Source: Zygophlyctis sp. KS116 (taxonomy: Eukaryota > Fungi > Chytridiomycota). From it: a DNA stretch of 9,031 nucleotides. Within the stretch, counting starts at the first letter, position 1; each line of letters begins with the position of its first letter. The translations under genes were made by a program, and so were the position numbers. The notes under the pieces were generated by a model. It searched no databases. It saw only the letters and a program-made list of their open reading frames with translations, and was not told where the DNA came from. Below, in pieces: positions 1 through 7,982 of this stretch. The stretch spans positions 1-9,031 of the forward strand of contig BAAFSQ010000359.1 in assembly GCA_054661495.1 (NCBI GenBank). The letters run 5' to 3'.

Positions 1-1
1 A

Positions 2-844
2 TTTTATGACTTTGATTATAATCCCAGATATGGTGCTACGATGGGGAATGTTTTAGCAGCAAAAGATGGAAAAGAAGGTCAAGACTGGTGGTTTCGATTG
101 GCAAAGAAGACTTTTGCTGACATTGATATTAACGGTTTTAAAAGAGAAGTTAAAAAAGGTCAGAAATTAGCTACTTGTGCCCTACCCGAGCAAATGGCAT
201 TCAGTCAAAAAGTTTCTAGAATTCAATGCCCCTCTTTCGATGAAATCTTATGATAACTTACCAGTTCATAGTCCTATTGAAATGAATTTACCTGAAGATG
301 AAATGAAATTGAAACTGACATCAATGATCAAAAATCGCTTAAGCAGTCTGATTTCCAATGAAATTGATTCGATTCGGATCCGACTGAATATTGCCGAGTT
401 GTTGGGACGACTCTGTGAAATTTTTGACCAAGGAAATCACAAGTCAATGTCTGAATTTTATTTGCATTTGAAGGAATCATTGGGTGTATCAAAAAGTACA
501 TTCTGCGCTTATCAGCAATATTATGAATTTTTGATGAAGTACACCAGATTTCAGCAAACGCCAATAGGATTTAAGGATATGAGGAAGCACATTGGTTCAC
601 TCAAAAAATGGTTCGATTCGAGCGAATGCAAGAAATTGTCTGCTCAAAATCATTCTGGTTGGGGAATAATGATAAAACCGTCAGTGCCGCTAACAATATT
701 GGGGAAAGTCAGACATTCAATCATAAACATACAGGAAACAATATTTTTGAATATTTTCGTTCATCCGATAGTGATGACTCAAACTCACCGATTCGAATCA
801 ACATTCCATCGTTCCCAGAATTTGAAAAAAGTGCTCAAGAATAA
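2..844 (+). pseudogene. Degenerate/frameshifted ORF of unknown function with an HTH-like segment; 5' end outside window
   Basis: Coding-like sequence moves across frames: 2-~170 (FYDFDYNPRYGATMGNVLAAKDG...), ~171-655 (..KESLGVSKSTFCAYQQYYEFLMKY..KKWFDS) and ~650-844 (SFWLGNNDK...EKSAQE*). LGVSKSTF resembles an HTH recognition helix (inference). The first switch could be a 22-nt intron (149-170, gttaaa..ttag) or a frameshift. The track ORF 177-863 ends only at the TAG of the transposon TIR. Confidence 0.35.
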
Positions 845-907
845 AATATTTATTATATGGTAGTGTACTTATTTTCCAATCTTCCATTGTTTATTTCAGT
901 TTTGTTG

Positions 908-947
908 TTTAAAACGGTTGTCTAACCGGTTAGACAACCATTTTAAA
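908..947. repeat. 40-bp loopless palindrome (left subterminal region of the hAT element)
   Basis: TTTAAAACGGTTGTCTAACC|GGTTAGACAACCATTTTAAA; 19 of 20 pairs complementary (mismatch 915/940). Confidence 0.95.
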
Positions 948-1140
948 TTCACGAAAAAATGAAAAATTTATTTTCTCCGTATTTATTATACAATTTCATT
1001 GAGAATGAGTCGACGATTGACTGAAAAAACAGCATTGTATAAAGTCATTTTTAATCTTGATAATCAGGAACACCAAACAGAGTTAATTCTTTATAAAAAG
1101 CAAAACAAGAATATCATACGAAAGATATTATCAAGTTTAA

Positions 1141-1359
1141 TTTATAGAAAATATTCTCAGATTAAAGATATCAAGTTACGCTTCAGAAAATACATTTCCG
1201 GATTGGAGCACTTATTCATTTATTCATTCCAAGAGAAGAAATCGCCTGGGCCTTGAAAAAGTTGAGAAACTGGCCTTTATCTATATTAATAATTGTTTGT
1301 TGGACACTGATGACTCGATTGATTACATTGCTGACGATGAAAATGAAGAAGAAGATTAA
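1141..1359 (+). pseudogene. hAT transposase C-terminal dimerisation domain fragment
   Basis: Start-less open frame, absent from the ORF track, reads ...WSTYSFIHSKRRNRLGLEKVEKLAFIYINNCLLDTDDSIDYIADDENEEED* (W at 1204). This matches the hAT C-terminal consensus (ERxWS-x-F-x-IHSK-x-RNRL-x3-V-x-KL-x-F-x-Y-x-N) followed by an acidic tail. ATG 1005 (MSRRLTEK...) in another frame may be the remnant N-terminus. Confidence 0.8.
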
Positions 1360-1386
1360 ATACTAAATAAATAAAATTGAAACCCC

Positions 1387-1451
1387 AACTAACGGCTAAC
1401 ATGTTAGCTAACAGCCGGTAACAGTTAGTTAGTGTGTAGTAAAATTTACTA
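1387..1451. repeat. Cluster of nested palindromes/TAAC motifs (right subterminal region of the hAT element)
   Basis: GCTAACATGTTAGC (1395-1408), overlapping TGTTAGCTAACA (1402-1413), outer inverted pair AACTAAC/GTTAGTT (1387-1393/1424-1430), and TAGTAAA-A-TTTACTA (1437-1451). Confidence 0.9.
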
Positions 1452-1471
1452 ACAGCATTTTACGTACACTA

Positions 1472-1925
1472 CCCACAGTGCCAATTGTTGATATTGAGAT
1501 CCCGAAGAAAAAGTGCCTTGGTGGCACCTGCAAGCCAGAAGTTCCTTTGGATTCTAAAACACTTGAAAGATACAGAGTATATGCTAGAGTCATGACGGTT
1601 GGATATTGTCGATCTGCTCTCATTAATCAGTGGACTTGTGGCGTTTGTAATGAACCTGCTTCTCCAATCAAAAATACAACTGATGTACGGTTTTTTCGTA
1701 CAAAATATCATATAGAACATGGATTACTGGCTGTGAATCATGATCTAGGAAAAATATTTTTAGCCTTTCAAGGTGTTCAACATAAAATTCAATGGCTGGT
1801 GAGTTCTAAAGGATTTATTCCAGTCAAATTAAACACAAAGTTTTCCAATGAAACGATTCAATCAAACAATATTAAAGTTCATCGTAAGTTATAATTTTTA
1901 ATTAGTAGGAGGCTTTCAGCATACA
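1472..1925 (+). pseudogene. Class 3 (fungal triacylglycerol) lipase, N-terminal fragment
   Basis: Shows YC..W.C..C, 'LAVNHDLGKIFLAFQG' and, after a 25-nt intron (1884-1908, gtaagt...gtag), KVHRGFQ: the hallmark Lipase_3 N-terminal motifs. There is no ATG or signal peptide because the frame abuts the TIR, and no GxSxG catalytic motif follows. Confidence 0.75.
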
Positions 1926-2053
1926 TTAATTCCTTGTGCTGTTGCTGTAGTCTTTATCTTTTGTCGGATTAGCTGGATTACTTGCTTTCAGTTTATTATA
2001 AGTAAATATGCTCTGTCGAACTTATCATGTATTTTGAGAAGCACAGGATGCAA
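1926..2053 (+). pseudogene. 3' remnant (C-terminus + 3' UTR) of a tandem paralog of the 2183-2749 gene
   Basis: 1951-2001 reads SLSFVGLAGLLAFSLL* vs TLSQMGLVGFLALLLL* (9/16 identical). LIPCAVAV aligns to LYPSDVVV across an apparent 11-nt deletion. The downstream block ATCATGTATTTTGA is identical at 2024-2037 and 2771-2784. Confidence 0.7.
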
Positions 2054-2182
2054 AATAATTCTGTTCCATTGATTACAAAATCAAACAAACTCTAATTTCC
2101 ATTTTCTAATAATATCCGCAAGTTGCCGTAGATTAGCAATATCTTAGCCCCTGAAATCGCCGCTATTTCCTACAGAAAAAAT

Positions 2183-2749
2183 ATGAAATCCGCACAATCG
2201 TTATCAATGCTACCCGGATCAACTAATACTGTAACAACCAGCACATCAGCCTTGAATTATCCAGCCGTTACGACTCTCGGCGAGTGGGAATCATGTGGTG
2301 GTTACTCACATGTTCCTCGCATATGTGACATTGGTCTTACATGCCTAAAAAAGACTCAAGATCCAAATGGCCCAAAAATAGCTGATTTGCCAGGAGTTTG
2401 TAGAAGAACTGACAGCATCGCAGGCTTTGGTGAATCTTGTGGAGGTTTTATGCGACCTGAAGACCAAAAAATATGCAATGAAGGACTTATCTGTGTAATT
2501 CCAGATCAGGATCCATCTGAACCACAAATTGCCGATTTATCTGGAGTTTGTCAAAAAGTTGGCGCCATAGCGACTTCCTCCGTATCAACTACAGGAACTA
2601 TTGACTATCCAATCAATGTGACTGAAGACTTTGATGTAATTCCTACTGCTACTGTCTCGCAACTATATCCTAGCGATGTTGTGGTTGGTTCTGCAAGTAC
2701 TCTTTCTCAAATGGGCCTTGTCGGATTTCTCGCTTTGTTGCTTTTATAG
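2183..2749 (+). CDS. Cys-rich two-repeat protein with Ser/Thr-rich linkers and a hydrophobic, GPI-signal-like C-terminus (probable cell-surface protein)
   Basis: Intact 188-aa ORF with two 4-Cys repeats ESCGG-x-C-xx-GL-x-C-x-IADL-x-GVC (2288-2401, 2432-2551). It ends GSAS-TLSQ-MGLVGFLALLLL. No clear N-terminal signal peptide, so the start is uncertain. Confidence 0.75.
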   Translation: MKSAQSLSMLPGSTNTVTTSTSALNYPAVTTLGEWESCGGYSHVPRICDIGLTCLKKTQDPNGPKIADLPGVCRRTDSIAGFGESCGGFMRPEDQKICNEGLICVIPDQDPSEPQIADLSGVCQKVGAIATSSVSTTGTIDYPINVTEDFDVIPTATVSQLYPSDVVVGSASTLSQMGLVGFLALLLL

Positions 2750-2931
2750 AAATATACGTTTTTGAACTTGATCATGTATTTTGAATTAGCAGACGATGCA
2801 ATACTTTAAATGATGAGGGTACTACAAATAGAGTAAAGATCAGGAGAATCACTTGGCCAACATGTTTCAAAATTGAATGATCCAATTACCATGGAAGCTG
2901 TCGTCATTGAGTCTGTCCCGTTTTCATAAAT

Positions 2932-3360
2932 ATGTATTCAAGGACAGAAATTCAGTTTACCATAATATATTTTGCTATAGAGATTCCAAAACATATAAAT
3001 TCAATACCTCTGCCAGATCAACAATTAGAAATTCGTCAGCAAACAAACTTGAATTCACAAAGCAGATTAATAAATTCTCAGATACACTACCAAAACTTAT
3101 GGAAGCGGTATGATACAAAATCAGAAGGATCAAGAGATGAATTCACTGTTTGGATTATAGATAATCATATCATGCTAATCATTGCAATTATTGGAGTTGT
3201 ATTATTATTCATTACAATCATCATAACGATTATAATCTATAATAGGAAAAGGAGAGAATTAGATCATACAAGCAATAATTCCCAGATATCGGCAAATCAT
3301 GACCCAACAAAACAGCCCGATTTTGGAAACTTTTACGAAAATCCGCTGTATAAAGACTAA
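2932..3360 (+). CDS. Small single-pass membrane protein with C-terminal YENPLY (NPxY) motif
   Basis: 142-aa ORF with a strong TM segment (IMLIIAIIGVVLLFITIIITIIIY), basic stop-transfer NRKRR, and tail FYENPLYKD*. The 5' end is uncertain. Confidence 0.65.
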   Translation: MYSRTEIQFTIIYFAIEIPKHINSIPLPDQQLEIRQQTNLNSQSRLINSQIHYQNLWKRYDTKSEGSRDEFTVWIIDNHIMLIIAIIGVVLLFITIIITIIIYNRKRRELDHTSNNSQISANHDPTKQPDFGNFYENPLYKD

Positions 3361-3509
3361 TAGAGATTTAATATAATAATAATTAGACGGTTTTATAAAG
3401 CTGCAGTGATAAGTTTATTTTAAGAGTCTAGTGGATAAAGCAAAAATTAATCATTGATAAACATTCATGAATAAAGATGATATTTTTGAGAATAAATACT
3501 TTAGGTGTC

Positions 3510-5054
3510 CTATTCCTTGCTATAGAATTTGTTAATACTATATAATGAACTCATTCTTGAGGATGGATTAGGATTCGTCGCATCCGTTACTGGTTCCAGG
3601 CATTGCAAGGGGAAAATACCTCTTCCACCAGATGTAATGTTATCACCTAAAGCCCAGCCATCATCGTATGCTTCTAATATTCCAACTCGATCACCAAGTT
3701 TTAATTCTAATTCATCCGGAAGCTCTGGATAATATGGCCTGGATACCAAACCTTCATTGGCCGTCACAAGAGTATTTGGAGTTCCAGCGCCCAAGCTACC
3801 AAAAGAATTAATATTTCCCTTGAATGGATTATCAGCGTTTTCGCTTGCTTGTCTACGTTTGTAAACACCATAACCCGTGAAAGCTGCAAGTATTAAACCG
3901 ATTGAAACTCCAACGATTATCCAAATCATTGTCTTGCTGCTAGCAGAGTCTCCACCTTCTATAGTTTGCGCCTGTTGAGTGCCACTAGAGTCGGTTGAAG
4001 CATCTTGATTAGGAATTTCAGCTTCCGCTGCCGGGGGTGGAGGAGTAGAGTCGCTTTGACTGTTACCAGATTCTGCAGGCGATGCAAGTGCTGGGCTTTC
4101 AACTGAAGCCGCAGGAGAAGGATTATTTTCTGGATTTACAGCCGGTATAGGATTGGCTGCATTTTGGGGAGTGCCTGGAGATGTCTGCCCCATAACCATC
4201 TGGGACGGGGGTGCTGAGCTTCCTGCTTGGGACTGTTCTGGCGACGGGTCCTGTCCGCCCTGAGGTGATTCCAATGCCTTGATATTTACGCTATTAGATT
4301 CGGAGGCTGCTACTTGCTGTTGAGGCTGACTAGCTACTTGTTGGGGCTGACTAGCTACTGGCTGTTGAGGCTGACTAGCTATTGGCTCTTGGGGCTGACT
4401 AGCTACTTGCTCTTGGGGCTTACTTGCTGCTGGCTGTTGAGACTGAATTGCTAATTTCTGCTGTGACTGCTGGTTTGCAGGCGCTAGTGGAGACCGAGGC
4501 TGATTTGAAAAGGATTGCAAAGAAAGGGCATTACTGACACATCCAGAGCTAGAAGAAGTTATGGCACTACTAGAGCATACTTTGTTGTAAACAGTCATTG
4601 TGCTATTTCTGTTCTTTTGAATTTTGTCGAGGAACTTGTCGTTTGGAGAAGTCGCACATTGAGGCGACTGAAACAGACTTACCAGATCACTGACAGCTGC
4701 CTGACATGTACTACTACACAATGGTGCAGAGATAGGCATTTTGCATATAGATGAAGATCCTACAATAAGCTGGACACAAAACATAGTCTGTAAATTTCCT
4801 TGTCTGCCCCCAAAATAGCTCTTACAACCATAGCTTGATCGGAAACTATCAATGTATAGTTTATTACTGTCTGCCGATCCAACTCTCTTTTGGACAAAAC
4901 TATTCAAGGCATTCAGATCCCTGAAATCCGGAGTCGAAGCAATGTAAGAGCCTGAAAATCCACCACAGGCCGAGCTTTCTGTAATCTGAAAGCATTTCGA
5001 TGAGACATACATGAACATGAATACTAATAAGAAAATTGAGTTGTTGATATTCAT
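3510..5054 (-). CDS. Type I membrane protein: signal peptide, 10-Cys extracellular domain, Q/P/S-rich stalk, TM helix, C-terminal SH3 domain (514 aa)
   Basis: Start placed at ATG 5054 (MNINNSIFLLVFMFMYVSS, signal peptide) because the track's 5162 start overlaps ADH exon 1. TM is MIWIIVGVSIGLILAAFTGYGVY-KRR. SH3 motifs: YYPELPDELELKLGDRV...DDGWALG...GRGIFPLQCL. Intronless. Confidence 0.85.
   Translation of the reverse strand: MNINNSIFLLVFMFMYVSSKCFQITESSACGGFSGSYIASTPDFRDLNALNSFVQKRVGSADSNKLYIDSFRSSYGCKSYFGGRQGNLQTMFCVQLIVGSSSICKMPISAPLCSSTCQAAVSDLVSLFQSPQCATSPNDKFLDKIQKNRNSTMTVYNKVCSSSAITSSSSGCVSNALSLQSFSNQPRSPLAPANQQSQQKLAIQSQQPAASKPQEQVASQPQEPIASQPQQPVASQPQQVASQPQQQVAASESNSVNIKALESPQGGQDPSPEQSQAGSSAPPSQMVMGQTSPGTPQNAANPIPAVNPENNPSPAASVESPALASPAESGNSQSDSTPPPPAAEAEIPNQDASTDSSGTQQAQTIEGGDSASSKTMIWIIVGVSIGLILAAFTGYGVYKRRQASENADNPFKGNINSFGSLGAGTPNTLVTANEGLVSRPYYPELPDELELKLGDRVGILEAYDDGWALGDNITSGGRGIFPLQCLEPVTDATNPNPSSRMSSLYSINKFYSKE
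4306..4443 (-). repeat. Coding minisatellite (21-24 bp) encoding ASQPQ(Q/E)(Q/P)V repeats
   Basis: GGCTGACTAGCTA recurs at 4324, 4345, 4369 and 4393 (periods 21, 24, 24), with degenerate copies on both sides. Confidence 0.9.
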
Positions 5055-6385
<1,331 letters not shown>

Positions 6386-6565
6386 TGATTTTTTTGGATC
6401 ATATTTGATATATACCAGGTTGAGTATCTTATGGTCGGAATTCTTAAATTGAGTTTGATTCCAAAATCCATATACCAATACTCACCATGCCAGTAACATC
6501 CATCGATAAAAACCTGTTAAATCGAAATTTGAATAGAACTATCTTAGTTATACGGTTGCTGTTAA

Positions 6566-7767
6566 TTAATCAATGAGGAAACGGGTTTTTTCTACTTGAG
6601 GATGAACTTTGTTAGAGCTATGCCTTCTTATAAACTTGACTTTTCATTAGCATTAAAGTAACTTACTGTCATCTCTTATTCTAGATGGGAAATCCATCAT
6701 ACACCAAATCGAATTTGCAATTAAAAATGTGTTAATTATCCATTTGGAAGATATAAGCGATAAGCTCCATTTATGATTCGAAAAATCTTCAACAATTACA
6801 TGCAGAAAAATGAGTGACAAAATGACAATTTGGCTAATGACCATTGTAATATGAATCGAAGATGTATAATAGTTGCAATCTCGAACGCCATAGTAGCCTG
6901 TTATCGTTCCAAAAAATGATGCAACAATGTATAAAATAGACAAAACTGGATTTTCGACGTGCATTATAAAAATTGACAAACTTTCAACGAAAAGCACCAT
7001 GGAAAAGAATGTGTATACTTTTAAAAATGCTAAAAAGGACTGCATTCTCTTTAAAATCGCTATCTTAAGTCTAAAAAACTTTACCTCTCTTTTCAATGCT
7101 TGCCCCTTCATTACGAAACATCACATAACCATAGTCTAGATAAGTTTTGTAAGTACATAATAACTGAACAACAATTACGATAATACATAAAACTATTGAT
7201 ACGGTATGAATTTTTTCATGCAGCTCTAGAAAGCTTAGAGCATGTTCTAATCGTTCGGCTACTTGAGGAATGTTATTGATTGAAAGTTCTAGAAATGGTT
7301 TCGGACAGCGTATATCGTATGTCTGATTATATGCTAAAATTGTTGCCGTCGAATTGAGTGGATCGATCATATCTAGTATAGACTGAGCGCATTCTTCTAT
7401 CAAGACTGTTTGTGATTCAAGATATCTCTAAGAGTATTAGCGATTAATATTTACGCTGCCAATAACTAGTAGCAGAAATATCGCCGCTGCGATCATCTCT
7501 AGAATATTATTGGAAAATGCCTAGAGTTAACGATGAATATGTTACAGCTGTGAAGAACAGAAAGCATTGAAAGAATTCAGTGCTGAGTAATAATCCTTCA
7601 TCTACGAGAATATGCTGATAGAGGTGAGCGTCACTGGAAGAGTATGCGTTTGAGCAGAAATGATAATATTTTACAAGCAATGTAATTTCTAATCCGCCAA
7701 CGGCGATTGTTTGAAGGGATGCAAAAAATAGTGATGTCTGGACCCAAATACTTGAAAGTAGCTTCAT
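6566..7767 (-). CDS. Polytopic membrane protein, UPF0658 (fungal Golgi membrane protein)-like, 365 aa, 5 exons
   Basis: Exons 7767-7546, 7520-7455, 7427-7085, 7059-6667 and 6639-6566 total 1098 nt in frame. Introns 7521-7545 (25), 7428-7454 (27), 7060-7084 (25) and 6640-6666 (27) join three track ORFs. There are ~7 hydrophobic segments. YKTYLDYGYVMFRNEGASIEKR...FLAFLKVYTFF and terminal RFLID resemble the UPF0658 pattern (family call from recall, moderate confidence). Confidence 0.75.
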
Positions 7768-7982
7768 TGTGATGAAAAGGACAATATCCGGAATATTATA
7801 ATCCCGGGGAATATACTGATCATGAAGCCCGGATGAATTAGAATATTAAAATGGGATCGATTATTATGGATATGTATTTTTCACTGTCAATGAACAATTG
7901 CGCAGAAACTAACATGCGTATTCTCAAAGATCTGTGCTCCACGTGTCCAAACAAACAAGTGTGATCATCACAGGATTAAATA

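Larger units (their letters stand above)
861..1471 (+). mobile_element. Non-autonomous, internally deleted hAT-superfamily DNA transposon (Ds-like, 611 bp)
   Basis: TAGTGTAC (861-868) and GTACACTA (1464-1471) are inverted repeats, extendable to 12/13 matches (859-871 vs 1461-1473). There is an internal hAT dimerisation-domain fragment, and CTAAC-NN-GTTAG palindromes are centred ~67 and ~70 bp inside each end. No 8-bp TSD (flanks TTATATGG / CCCACAGT). Confidence 0.8.

Noticed and set aside
920-935. GTCTAAC-cg-GTTAGAC matches the integron attC inverse-core/core consensus (RYYYAAC/GTTRRRY)
   Set aside because: The spacer is only 2 nt, there are no L boxes or integrase, the context is eukaryotic, and a hAT subterminal palindrome explains it better.
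999-1256. Track ORF as an independent 85-aa gene
   Set aside because: It lies inside the hAT element and overlaps the transposase fragment out of frame; at most a transposase N-terminal stub.
1387-1440. Hairpin followed by GTAG-T as a Helitron 3' end
   Set aside because: The terminus is not CTRR, and the TIRs plus the hAT domain account for the structure.
2805-2929. Coding-looking stretch (..SGESLGQHVSKLNDPITMEAVVIESVPFS*)
   Set aside because: Short, with no supportable start or splice model and no motif; cannot be distinguished from intergenic DNA.
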